From contig JAYPQA010000018.1 of NCBI GenBank assembly GCA_038131695.1, forward strand, positions 2,364-66,363: 64,000 nucleotides of DNA. Direction: 5' to 3'. The translations under genes were made by a program, and so were the position numbers. The notes under the pieces were generated by a model. That model was given only the letters and a program-made list of their open reading frames with translations. It made no database searches and was not told where the DNA came from. Shown in pieces: positions 39,341 through 49,138 of this stretch (its first letter is position 1; every line of letters starts with the position of its first letter). The stretch is from Alphaproteobacteria bacterium. Lineage in GTDB: Bacteria; Pseudomonadota; Alphaproteobacteria; Puniceispirillales; Puniceispirillaceae.

Positions 39341-40413
39341 CTATTCCGGGGCCGGGTCAGACAAGCGCAGCGTCCCGCTGATAATCGCCCGGCCAGCTGG
39401 CGCAATTCGGCCACTAAATCGGATAATCTGTACGATCAGACAGCCGCTGGCAGCGTTCAGCCGGACGGCGCAGGGCCATCATATCCATGCCGCCCTCTGC
39501 CAGCCCGAAACTGTGCCGGGCGGCCGGTCTGTTTTCCATCACCTGCTCCAGCATTTTGCCAACCACCCGGTCCACCGGCTTCAGCGCATTATCCACCAGC
39601 CGGCCAGCAGCCAGGGGGCAGCGATTGGTATCCACCGAAAAGACCAAAAACCCCTCCTCTGGCCGCCTGGTCAAAAACCCCGCTATCGCCGCCGGAGGTG
39701 GCCGAAAAAATCACATCTGCCCCGCCCTGATGCAGCTGGCTGGCCAGCCGGCCGGCACGGGCCGGGTCAGCGAACGGATTATCCCCGCCAACCCAGCGCA
39801 CCGCCACCGCGATCTCCGGCCGGGCGGCCTTGGCTCCGCGCGCAAACCCCACCGAAAAGCGGCGCAGCAAGGGAATATCCAGCGCCCCGACAACCCCCAG
39901 CTGGCCAGTCTGGCTGAGCCGGGCTGCTGCAAAACCAGCCAGATAAGCCGCCTCATATTCCCGGAAAACCGCGCAATGCAGATTGGCCGGGCGCGGCTCA
40001 AGACAATGATCTATCAGGATAATCTGGGTATCGGGATGCTGCGGGGCCAGCTTTGCCAGCTGCCGGTTAAAGGCAAAGCCGGACAGGACCAGAACCTCCG
40101 GCGCATCGGCAAGGGCCAGATGCAGCAAGGGGCTGCGATCTGCCGGATGCACGGCTTGCAGAATCAGGCTGTCTGCCCGGTAGCGGATCGCCGCCTCTTC
40201 CACACCGCGCCGGGCAAGCTCCAGAAACGGGTTATCAGCTATCCGGTCTGGTGCCAGATAGATAAAGAGCGGGGTCTCGGCGCGCGCACTTAAGCTGGCC
40301 CCAAGGCTGATGCTCACAAGGCTGGCACTCACAAAGCTGGCACTCACAAAGCGGCCAGCAGCAGCCCGGCGCGCAGAATTGCCGCTTTTTTTGGTATCAC
40401 GACAGGCTGTCTC
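39341..40413 (-). pseudogene. BMP-family (Med/PnrA-like) ABC substrate-binding lipoprotein, several frameshifts
   Basis: The core is in ORF 39589..40701 (ETPLFIYLAPD ... AAYLAGFAAA ... VGFARGAKA). It continues in ORF 39414..39674 (VDTNRCPLAAGRLVDNALKPVD ... GLAEGGMDM). The probable C-terminus (VAELRQLAGR, AIISGTLRLSDPAPE) is in other frames. The likely start ATG at ~40413 is separated from the body by an A7/T7 run. The 3' end is uncertain. Confidence 0.55.
40303..40362. repeat. 3-4 x 15-bp tandem repeat in the BMP signal-peptide region
   Basis: The forward sequence is AAGGCTGATGCTCAC / AAGGCTGGCACTCAC / AAAGCTGGCACTCAC / AAAGCGGCCAGCAGC. On the coding strand it reads FVSAS-FVSAS-LVSIS. Confidence 0.5.
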
Positions 40414-40582
40414 ATCAGCTTGTCTCCCTTTCAAAAAGGGTTGTGACACGCATCCTTTTTGTCTGTTCGTCCAGCTTGCGTCAGGTAACTTTTTGGGCCA
40501 AGCAGAATTTGCAAAAACCTGCCGCCCAGCCAGAAAGGCGGAACAGCCCCGCTCTGCCCTGCCCCGGCTTGTGCCGGAGAGG

Positions 40583-41023
40583 CTACCAGCTGCCGGTATT
40601 GGGCATGGATTGCCAGGGTTCAGCCGGGGCCAGCGGCTCGCCTTCCTGCAGCAATTCAATGGAAATCCCGTCTGGTGAGCGCACAAACGCCATATTGCCA
40701 TCGCGCGGCGGCCGATTGATGGTGACCCCGGCGGCCATCATCCGCTCACAGACCGCATAAATATCATCCACCCGATAGGCCAGATGGCCGAAATTGCGCC
40801 CGCCTGCATATTCTTCTGGATCCCAGTTATAGGTCAGCACCAGGGCCGGAGACCGGATCTCCTCATAGCGGCCCCGATCTTCTGGCGTGCACAGGAAAAA
40901 CAGCGAATAGCGCCCCTGCTCGCGGTCAATCCGCTTGGCCAGCTCCAGCCCCAGCAATTCACAATAGAAATGCAAGGAGGCCTCAATATCGGTAATGCGA
41001 ACCATGGTATGCAGATAGCGCAT
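40583..41023 (-). CDS. gloA: lactoylglutathione lyase (glyoxalase I)
   Basis: 146 aa, MRYLHTMVRITDIEASLHFYCELLGLEL ... LTYNWD ... FGHLAYRVDD ... SPDGISIELLQ. It is collinear with E. coli GloA. Confidence 0.85.
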   Translation of the reverse strand: MRYLHTMVRITDIEASLHFYCELLGLELAKRIDREQGRYSLFFLCTPEDRGRYEEIRSPALVLTYNWDPEEYAGGRNFGHLAYRVDDIYAVCERMMAAGVTINRPPRDGNMAFVRSPDGISIELLQEGEPLAPAEPWQSMPNTGSW

Positions 41024-41042
41024 CAGATTATCCTTTCCCTTC

Positions 41043-41822
41043 TCAGCCCAGATCGGCCAGACTGGCCGCCTGCTCGTCCAAAACTATGCAGAAATTGGGG
41101 TGATCACGCAACAGGCTGGCCGGGCAGGCCGGGCTTTGCGGCCCCTTGATCATGGCGGCCACCGCCGCCGCCTTGGCCTGTCCGGTCGCCAGCAGCAGGA
41201 TTTCCCCGGCCGCCAGAATATCAGCAATGCCCAGCGTTATCGCCCGGCTGCCAGCTGGCAGGCCGGCGCGGGCGCTGGTGCTGGCGGCCAGCTCAACCAC
41301 CCGGCAGATACTGTCTTTTTTTGTGCCCGGCTCATTAAAGCCGACATGGCCATTCACGCCGATTCCCAGCAGCTGCACGGCCAGCCCGCCCGCCGCCGCC
41401 AGCCCTGCCCGGTGTTGGGCGGCCTCAGCAGCAGGGTCCGGGCTGTGCCCATCCAAGGCCAGAAACCCGCCAAACCCGCCGGTCAGCCGGGCCAGAAAAT
41501 GCTGTCTGATTTCCTCGGCAAACATCTGGCTGGCCGGCTCCGGCTTGGAATCAGCTGGCAGAATCATCTGGCGAATCAGGGCGGCCCAGAACATACTCAT
41601 CCAGCTTGGCAAAGCGGCAAGTCGGCAAACACGGCTCGGGCCTGCTCCTTCGTTCCAGCAGGGCACGATAGACCGGGCCATTGTCCGGCCAGTGGCAAGG
41701 CCGATTAAGCTGTCTCTTCATCGATCATCTGCCAGCGCGTTGGCCTGATCGGCCAGCCGGTCCGCGACCGCCGCCGCTGCCTCCTCGGCACTGGGAAAAA
41801 CTAGCAGCCTGTCCCTATCCAT
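41043..41822 (-). pseudogene. glucosamine-6-phosphate deaminase / 6-phosphogluconolactonase family (NagB/Pgl-like), about three frameshifts
   Basis: The C-terminal two-thirds lie in ORF 41043..41681 (LLGIGVNGHVGFNEPG ... ITLGIADIL ... ILLLATGQAKA). N-terminal elements (MDRDRLLVFPSAEEAAAAVADRLA, LATGRTM, PVYRALLE, KLDEYV) are spread over other frames upstream to ATG ~41822. Confidence 0.6.
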
Positions 41823-42716
41823 GCCGCTTGCCTTTCCGGCGCTCCCACAGGGCCATGGAAATCAGGCTGGTCAGGATAACGCCCGCACCGATAAGCGTAT
41901 TGGAAGACGGCACCTCGGCAAAGACCAGATAGCCCAGCAGCGTCGTCGGCACGATATGGAAATAAAACATCGGCGCCAGAAAGCTGGCTTCCGCCTTGCG
42001 AAAAGCCCGGATAAAGAAAAACTGGGCGGTGGTCGCCAGCAGCCCGGTCATCACCATCATCAACAGGGCCTCGCCATCCTGGCATTTGCCAGAACCAGAT
42101 GGCAAAGGGCAGCGTGGCCAGCATCACCCCCAGCGAATACCAGACCATCAAGGGCAAATCCGCCATTTCCTTTGACAGATGCTTTTGCAGAATCGTTGCC
42201 GAACTGCCACAGAACATCCCGCCAATCGCCAGCAGGGCAATCAGCTGCAGGCTGCTGCTTTCCGGCGCAAAAATGACCAGAATGGCGGCAAATCCAACCG
42301 CTATGACCAGCCAGCGATGCCAGGATTGCCGCTCACCCAAAAGAAAAAGGCAATCAGCGAGGTCACGGCCGGGCGCAGATAGCCAATGGTGCTGAGCTGG
42401 GCCAGCTGGATTTGTGAAATGGTGAAAAAATTGATGGTGATCGCCACCGAGGAAAAACCAACCCGCATTAAATTTAATCTCAGCTGGCCGGACATCTGGC
42501 CAAACCCGCCCTGCCTGCCATCAAGAGGCGCAACACAAGCGCCGAACTGCTCAAGGCGCGGATAAAGACAATCTGAATCGCGGCAAATTCCCCGCCCAGC
42601 ATCTTAACCAGCACCAGATGCACCAGCGTGAAAACCTCATTCATCACCAAATAGCGCAGCCCGCCCAGATTATCGGCCGGACTGCCAGAAGAAGAGGCCG
42701 GACTGCCAGCGGCCAT
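41815..42716 (-). pseudogene. DMT/EamA-family transporter, three frameshifts
   Basis: Four consecutive hydrophobic ORF pieces (42480..42716, 42301..42495, part of 41801..42340, 41815..42105) together give ~300 aa with two EamA-like halves. The start overlaps the PIG-L stop (TGATG). Confidence 0.65.
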
Positions 42717-45140
42717 CAGCGGGCATCCGGATGCAGCAGATTGGCAAACAGGCGAAACGCACCAGGCACCAGATTATCCATCTGGTAAAACAGGTTGAGC
42801 GCACAATGCACATGGCTGCCCGCCCCGATAGTCGCGGCCAGCAGGCTGCCTTCCAGCGGCGCCTCCCCCGCATCAGACATGGCCAGCAGCGGGATATAGG
42901 CTGCATCCCAGTCAGACGCGAAATACAGGCCGCGTTCCTTGACCCAGCCGTCAAAATCTTCCAGCCCTATCTGATTGGGCCCGGCCAGCAACCGATGGTC
43001 AGGCTGCAAAATCGTAACCGGCGCACCGGCATCTGTGACGCGCCAGCGAATGGACGGGCTGCCGGGTTGCAGCGGCAGCGGCGCACTGTGGGCCGCATCC
43101 CAATTATCTATCGGGCGATGATATTGGCTGACAAAATGGCCGCCCTGCTCTATCCAGGCCCGGATACGCCCCATCGCCCCATTCAGCGGGCGGGTGCCGC
43201 CGGCAAAGACCCCGGCCACCAGAACATCAAACCCGGCCAGATCACCGGACAGCAGATGGGCATCATCCAGCATCACCAGCTCAGCCCCCAGCTGGCCAGC
43301 CCAGTAATGGGCGCGGTCCACCCCGCCATCAATCCAGCCGACCCGCACCCCGGCCAGGCTGGCAGACGGCACCAGCGCAGCCTCACAGGCAGCTGGCGTA
43401 AAACGCTGCTGGCGGCGGATATGCGGATAAGAGAGCGTCTCACCGGACATCAGCTCCACCCCGTTATGGGCCGCCCGGATCTGATAATGGCCGGCGGGCT
43501 GGCCTGCTGGCGGGCGCAGCCGCGCAAACAGGCTGCCCGGAGCATTTCCCGGGCGGGCTTTCAGCCTGCCAGCCAGCTGGCAAGATCAGTTCAGCTTCGG
43601 CCTTCTCGGCGGCCCCCCCTTCCAGCTGCAGCTGCAGCTCCAGCTGTGCGGCCTCACCCGCCAGCAACAGCGCGCGGGCCGGGCTTATCTGGCCGGTCAG
43701 GGCCGGGCGGCTGGCAAAAACCTCTTGCGGTTCCAGCGGGCGCACAAAGCGCGTCTTGCCGATCTCGAAATGCACCTCCGCATGGAGCTGCCCGGAGGCC
43801 ACCATCACCGCGTGCCAGCCGGTCATCGCCTCCAGCGCAGCCGGGCCGGGCAGGCCCAATTCTGCGGTCATCATCCGGCGGCGCGGGCCGCTCTCTTGCT
43901 GGACAAAATCGCCTTTTTCCACCTGTTCGGCCCCGCACAGGCGTGCCGTAACCGCATCCGGCCCGCCTGCTTCCAGCTGATGCCAGCTAAGCCGGGCCTC
44001 TGCCTGCCCACCTGCCAGAGGCAGCGGCGGGTCAATCTCAAGGCGCAGCTGCATGGCGGCTGCTTCTGAGGCCGCCATCGCGGCTTGTGTCTTCTTCAGC
44101 GCGACCCGGTGCTGATGCTCCGGGGCAACCTCCCCGGCCAGGATTTGCAGGGCCTCTTGCAGCTCACACAAAGCAGGCAGGACAGAGGCGCGGTCCGGGA
44201 ATCCGGCCAGCGCCGCAACAGCAGCGGCATCTGCGTCCCGGGCAGCCTTTTTGCCAGCCTCGCCAGAACAGAAATCCGCCAGATCAGCCAGCCGGACCGG
44301 CAGGTTTTCCGTCATCTGGCCAGTGAAGGGCTTGCCAGAGGCGGTTTTCAGCTGATGCAGCGGCACCGGCTGATCCTCCTCATCCAGCTTGCGGCCCATC
44401 CCCTGCGTGGCATGACAGGCCCGTGACCATTCCCCGATCTGGGCATAACTACCGCCATAGACCGGATCATACGCCCCGCAGCTGATCTCATGCGTGGCGT
44501 TCGGCGGGGGCACCTCATCATCATAGGCCCCGCCGCCACCGCCCCAGGCTGGCAGGTAGAGCGCATTCATCTGCCAGACAGGCAGCCCCAGCTCAGGGAA
44601 CTGGCTGGCATCGGCAGCCGCCTCAAAGGCAGCGATAGTTGCCTGGGTCACCGCCCGGTGATGGCCATGCTGGCCCGGCACATCCAAAAAAGTCGGGATA
44701 ATCATATCAGGCCGGAACAGGCGCACCATCTTGACCATCTGGGAAAGCGTATGCGCCTCGCCCCAATGATCAAAAGTCTGCGCGCCGGATTTGGAAAAGC
44801 CAAAATCCCGGATAGGGTCTGCCGGGCCTTCTGCCAGCCAGCCCAGATCCGCCCGGATCACATTCATCGCCGCGATCAGCTCTTCGGTGCGCAGATAGCC
44901 CAGCGAATCCCCCCGTTCCGGGCCCAGCGCATTTTGTCCGCCCTGCCCGCGCACCGCATTGACATAGACGATATGCATCCCCTCACCCAGTGACAGGCTG
45001 GCCAGCAGGCGCGAGGTTTCATCATCGGGATGGGCGCCGGTCTGCATGAAAATCAGCGTTGATTGCAGCGATTTCAGCCATCCCCAGAGATGGCGCAAGG
45101 GCTGGCGTTGTTCCTGTTTGGTGATAAAGTCCTTTTTCAT
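42716..45140 (-). pseudogene. long PIG-L/LmbE-family deacetylase with C-terminal alpha/beta domain, one frameshift
   Basis: ORF 43464..45140 carries the LmbE motif (FMQTGAHPDDETS ... GHHRAV). ORF 42716..43459 extends upstream without a stop (LFARLRPPAGQPAGHYQIRAAHNGVELMSGE), so the two form one ~806-aa protein. The switch is near 43545-43570. Confidence 0.7.
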
Positions 45141-45871
45141 TTACCCAGCCCCCCCTGTCTGGTGCGCTTCAGCGTGAATTGAAAGGCTGACCGCATTTCC
45201 GGAAAAATATTGATGGTAATCTCAACCGGTTTTTTTTGGCTGTTCAGATAGCGGCGGGTCATCTCCAGCCCCAATGACTGCTCTGGCAGGTGCATCTCCT
45301 GACAAATATCAGGCGGGATGATGACCGGCCTTAATTGTTGTTGAATTTCGCTAACCGCGATGCCGTGTGTTTCCTCAATCAAATCGCAGATAAAGCCGGG
45401 ATAATCTGCTATCTGCCCGGCAACATTGCGAAACTGCCAGTCAATATAGACATTGCCCCAGACCAGCATATCGCCATTTTTCTGGTCAGACCGGTGCTGG
45501 CGCACCCGCAGCCAGCGCTTGCCCGGCTGGCCATCCAGCTGGCTTGCCAGCTCGGTATCGGCAACAATCGACTCAATGGAGGTGACCACCCGTTCCGCCC
45601 CGCGCCCATAGAGCAGGTCATCCACCGGCTTGGTGGTATAGCTGTAATCAGCAAAGGGACGGCTGGCCAGCACCCGCGTGCCATCGCCGCGCCGCCGCGT
45701 GATCAGCCCTATTTCGGCCAGATGATCCAGCGCGCGCCGCACCGTCGGGCGGCTGACCGCGAATTCTTCAGCCAGTTTCTGTTCGCTGGGCAGATAATCA
45801 CCAACCGGATAAAACCCCTCAGCAATCTGCCGGGTCAAAAAATCCGAGAGCTTGGCATAACGCGCTTCCAC
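45137..45871 (-). CDS. GntR-family transcriptional regulator (HutC subfamily, UTRA effector domain)
   Basis: 244 aa. It has an N-terminal wHTH (LPSEQKLAEEFAVSRPTVRRALDHLAEIGLITRRRGDGTRV), a GTG start, and a stop that overlaps the PIG-L start (ATGA). Confidence 0.85.
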   Translation of the reverse strand: MEARYAKLSDFLTRQIAEGFYPVGDYLPSEQKLAEEFAVSRPTVRRALDHLAEIGLITRRRGDGTRVLASRPFADYSYTTKPVDDLLYGRGAERVVTSIESIVADTELASQLDGQPGKRWLRVRQHRSDQKNGDMLVWGNVYIDWQFRNVAGQIADYPGFICDLIEETHGIAVSEIQQQLRPVIIPPDICQEMHLPEQSLGLEMTRRYLNSQKKPVEITINIFPEMRSAFQFTLKRTRQGGLGK

Positions 45872-45961
45872 TATCCCTCATCCCTGCTCAAAACAGGCGG
45901 GCTGTCACCTGTTGAAATTCGGCAAAACCGCCAATTTTTGTTTGACAAGCCCAGCCGAGAA

Positions 45962-45989
45962 GGTTTTTACTTCTATAAAAGTAATTACC
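45962..45989. promoter_or_regulatory. candidate GntR/HutC operator in the divergent promoter
   Basis: 16-bp core palindrome TACTTCTATAAAAGTA (45968-45983, 7 of 8 pairs). It extends to GGT...ACC at 45962-45989. It lies ~35 nt upstream of the sugar-binding-protein ATG and ~95 nt from the gntR start. Confidence 0.35.
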
Positions 45990-46021
45990 TTTACCCGAAG
46001 CAAAAATCAATGGAGGATCGC

Positions 46022-47275
46022 ATGAAAAAGTGGGTAAAATCAGCACTCGCCACGGCTGTTGGCGGTGCGTCGCTGCTTGTCGCCGGACTGGCACAGGCGG
46101 TAGAAATCGAATATTGGCAATATACCTATGCCAGCCGTGTTGAGGCGATTGACAAGCTGATCACGAGCTTTGAGGCGGCCAATCCGGGCATCACCGTCAA
46201 GCATACGCATTTCCCCTATGCAGATTATCGCAAGAAGGTGGCTATCGCGGTTTCCGCCGGCGATGGGCCGGATGTGGTCCAGCTTTATTATGGCTGGCTG
46301 AATGATTACCGGGATGGCGGGCTGATTCAGCCGCTGTCCAAATCTGCCTTCCCGCACGCCCAGATTGAGAAGGATTTCTTCCCGATGGTTGGCACCATGA
46401 AGGTGGATGGTGATTATTGGGGTCTGCCGACTGCGGTGCGCTCTCTGGCCTTGTTCTGGAATGAGGATCTGTTTGCCGAGGCTGGCCTGTCCGGCCCGCC
46501 TGAGACACTGGATGAGTTTGTGGATTATGCCAAGAAGCTGACCAAGAAAGACAGTGCCGGCAACTATCTGTCCATTGGTTTTGCGGTGGATACAGACGGC
46601 CAGGATCACCATTGGTGGCGTGAGGTTCTGACCCGGCTTTATGGCGGGGCGCCTTATTCTGCTGATGGCAAGAAAGTCACCTATAATTCTGCTGCCGGGG
46701 CCAAGGCCCTGAAATTCCTGACCGATATTGAGGCGACTCACAAGGTCGGGGCCAATGGCTTCATGAATCGCGGCCAGGATGCCTTCAAGGCAGGCAAGGC
46801 CGGCATGATCATTGACGGCTCTTTCCGTATCTCCACCTTCAAAAAGCAGGATGGGCTGAATTTCTCCATCTCTGAGCTGCCGGGCTATAATGGCAAGCGG
46901 TATAATTTCTCTTCCTACTGGGTGAATGGCATCAGCTCCAAGGCCAGCGGCGAGAAAAAGGCTGCTGCTGAGAAGTTCCTGCAATATCTGACCTCTGATG
47001 AGGCGATGCAGCTTTGGCTGGATACAGTGGGCGAATTGCCGGCAAAGCCTGCGGTAGCGCTGGTGGATGCCAACAAGACGCATCCGCTGTTCGGGCCGTT
47101 TATCCGCGGTCTGGGCTATGCCAACGCAACCGCCTTTGTGTCTGAAAAGCCGCAGCGCCAGGCGCTGATTGATGCCTATGACATGGTGGTTCTGAAGGGG
47201 ATGAGCCCGGAGGATGCGCTGGCCAAGGTATCCGGTGATGAGCAAGAAGTGCTGGATGAGTTCTTCGACGGCTAG
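46022..47275 (+). CDS. sugar ABC transporter substrate-binding protein (family 1)
   Basis: Track ORF 45335..47275 trimmed to ATG 46022, which follows GGAGG. It has a signal peptide (MKKWVKSALATAVGGASLLVAGLAQA). The upstream part of the track ORF is antisense to gntR. Confidence 0.85.
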   Translation: MKKWVKSALATAVGGASLLVAGLAQAVEIEYWQYTYASRVEAIDKLITSFEAANPGITVKHTHFPYADYRKKVAIAVSAGDGPDVVQLYYGWLNDYRDGGLIQPLSKSAFPHAQIEKDFFPMVGTMKVDGDYWGLPTAVRSLALFWNEDLFAEAGLSGPPETLDEFVDYAKKLTKKDSAGNYLSIGFAVDTDGQDHHWWREVLTRLYGGAPYSADGKKVTYNSAAGAKALKFLTDIEATHKVGANGFMNRGQDAFKAGKAGMIIDGSFRISTFKKQDGLNFSISELPGYNGKRYNFSSYWVNGISSKASGEKKAAAEKFLQYLTSDEAMQLWLDTVGELPAKPAVALVDANKTHPLFGPFIRGLGYANATAFVSEKPQRQALIDAYDMVVLKGMSPEDALAKVSGDEQEVLDEFFDG

Positions 47276-47315
47276 AGCTGTCTTGCAAGCCGCTTCAGGC
47301 TAACCAAACCAAAAT

Positions 47316-47356
47316 GGCAGATGGTCTTGAAAGACTGGCCATCTGCCCCTTTCTCT
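47316..47356 (+). terminator. possible intra-operon terminator/attenuator after the binding-protein gene
   Basis: Hairpin GGCAGATGGTC-ttgaaa-GAC(tgg)CCATCTGCC followed by a weak T tract (CCTTTCTCT). Confidence 0.4.
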
Positions 47357-47388
47357 GGCGATAAAACCGGTTCGGGACAAGACCCATC

Positions 47389-48288
47389 ATGCTCGATTTC
47401 TGGGACAGGCTGACAATCAATCAAAAGCTGGCGGTTACCGCCTGGCTGTTTTTGGCTGTGCCGGTGGTTTTTTATGTCACAATCCGGTTTTATCCCACCT
47501 TTGAAGCCTTTTATGTCTCAACGCTGAAATGGAACCTGCTGGGCGCGAAAAAGGCCTATGGGTTCAAAAATTATATCAAGATTTTTGAGGATGCCGATTT
47601 CTGGCTGGTGCTTTGGAATACGGTGAAATACGCGCTGTTTGGCGTGCCTATCAGCATGGTTATCGCCTTTTTCATTGCCTATTGGCTGAATGAGATCAGC
47701 TTTGGCCATGATTGGATAAGGGCGATGTATTTTATCCCATTCCTGACCACGGCGGTGGCGATGGCCTGGGTCTGGCGATGGTTTTACCAACCCATGCCGA
47801 TTGGCCATTTCACTATCATGCTGTCCTGGATTGGCATTCCCCAGCAGCCCTTTTTGAAATCGGTGGAACAGGCACTTTACGCGATTATGGCCCCGGCTAT
47901 CTGGGCCGGGCTGGGTTTTCAGATTGTGATTTTCATTGCCGGTATCCGGGCCATTCCGCGCAGCTATTTTGAAGCGGCGGAAATAGACGGGGCCGGGCGC
48001 TGGCAAATTCTGCGCGAGATTACCCTGCCCGCGCTGAAGCCCACCATTATCTTTTTGACCGTTGTCTCAACCATCGGGTTTTTGCGGATTTTCGATCAGG
48101 TTTATACGATGAGCGCGGATAGCGCGGGCGGCCCGCTGAACTCAACCAAGCCGCTGGTGTTGATGATTTATGAATATGCCTTTGATGAATTCAAGCTCGG
48201 CCGGGCCTCGGCGCTGACCGTTATCCTGTTCCTTATCCTGCTGGTCGTCAGCCTCGTCCAGCTTTGGCTCATGCGGAAGAAATCATGA
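47389..48288 (+). CDS. sugar ABC transporter permease
   Basis: 299 aa, hydrophobic, with the EAA loop (YFEAAEIDGAGRWQILREITLP). Confidence 0.85.
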   Translation: MLDFWDRLTINQKLAVTAWLFLAVPVVFYVTIRFYPTFEAFYVSTLKWNLLGAKKAYGFKNYIKIFEDADFWLVLWNTVKYALFGVPISMVIAFFIAYWLNEISFGHDWIRAMYFIPFLTTAVAMAWVWRWFYQPMPIGHFTIMLSWIGIPQQPFLKSVEQALYAIMAPAIWAGLGFQIVIFIAGIRAIPRSYFEAAEIDGAGRWQILREITLPALKPTIIFLTVVSTIGFLRIFDQVYTMSADSAGGPLNSTKPLVLMIYEYAFDEFKLGRASALTVILFLILLVVSLVQLWLMRKKS

Positions 48289-49133
48289 CAGATCACAGTG
48301 CAACAATGGACCGGCTGGAGCGGATTCGCCCGCTCAAAGTGATGATCTGGACGCTGCTGTTTCTGGGCGGGGTGGTGATGATCACGCCGATTATTTTCAT
48401 GGCTTCCACCTCTTTCAAGGTGGGCCAGGAAGTCTATGAGCTGAGCCTTATCCCGCAAGAGCCGACGCTGGAAAATTACCTGTTCATTCTGGAAGAATCA
48501 AAATTCATGCGCTGGATGCTGAATTCGCTTTGGGTGGCGACTTTCAGCACCGCCTCGGTTTTGTTTTTTGACTCGCTGGTCGGCTATACGCTGGCAAAAT
48601 TTGAATTTCGCGGCCGCCAGATTGTGTTTATTGCGATCCTGTCCACCTTGATGATACCGACTGAGATGCTGATCATCCCCTGGTATATGATGTCGCGCAG
48701 CTTTGGCTGGATTGACACCTATTGGGGCATTGCCTTTCCCGGGCTGATGACCGGCTTTGGCACTTTTTTGATGCGGCAATTTTTCATGGGCCTGCCTGAT
48801 GAGCTGATCGATGCGGCGCGCATAGATGGCTGGTCAGAATTTGCCATTTGGTGGCGGATTGCCATGCCGCTGGTGGTCCCGGCGCTCTCTGCCCTGGCAA
48901 TTTTCCATTTTCTGGGCAACTGGACGGCCTTTATCTGGCCGCTGATTGTGACCAATGATCCCGATATTTACACGATTCCGGTCGGCATAGCCTCTTTCAA
49001 CGGGGAATTTCAGATGGATTGGGAAATTGTCATGACGGCCTCCTGTCTTGCCACGCTGCCCACCTTGCTGGTCTTCCTGCTGCTGCAGAAATTCATTATT
49101 CGCGGGATCATGCTCGCTGGCCTGAAAGGATAG
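48285..49133 (+). CDS. sugar ABC transporter permease
   Basis: ORF 48264..49133 trimmed to ATG 48285, which overlaps the upstream stop (ATGA). It has the EAA loop (LIDAARIDGWSEFAIWWRIAMP). Confidence 0.85.
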   Translation: MTDHSATMDRLERIRPLKVMIWTLLFLGGVVMITPIIFMASTSFKVGQEVYELSLIPQEPTLENYLFILEESKFMRWMLNSLWVATFSTASVLFFDSLVGYTLAKFEFRGRQIVFIAILSTLMIPTEMLIIPWYMMSRSFGWIDTYWGIAFPGLMTGFGTFLMRQFFMGLPDELIDAARIDGWSEFAIWWRIAMPLVVPALSALAIFHFLGNWTAFIWPLIVTNDPDIYTIPVGIASFNGEFQMDWEIVMTASCLATLPTLLVFLLLQKFIIRGIMLAGLKG

Positions 49134-49138
49134 TTTTG

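Noticed and set aside
42731-43951. 406-aa plus-strand ORF antisense to the PIG-L gene
   Set aside because: It has the same shadow-ORF character (long runs of R, P, A, G). The opposite strand carries the conserved deacetylase.
45335-46021. Upstream 229 codons of track ORF 45335..47275
   Set aside because: This part is antisense to the GntR gene. The signal peptide and a GGAGG-ATG at 46022 mark the real start of the binding protein.
46040-47245. 401-aa minus-strand ORF antisense to the sugar-binding protein gene, and similar antisense ORFs at 50753..51691, 59419..60363, 29754..30689, 36878..37828 and 19928..20731
   Set aside because: All lie entirely within well-supported genes on the other strand. 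None has an RBS or family motifs, as expected for stop-codon-poor antisense frames at this GC content.
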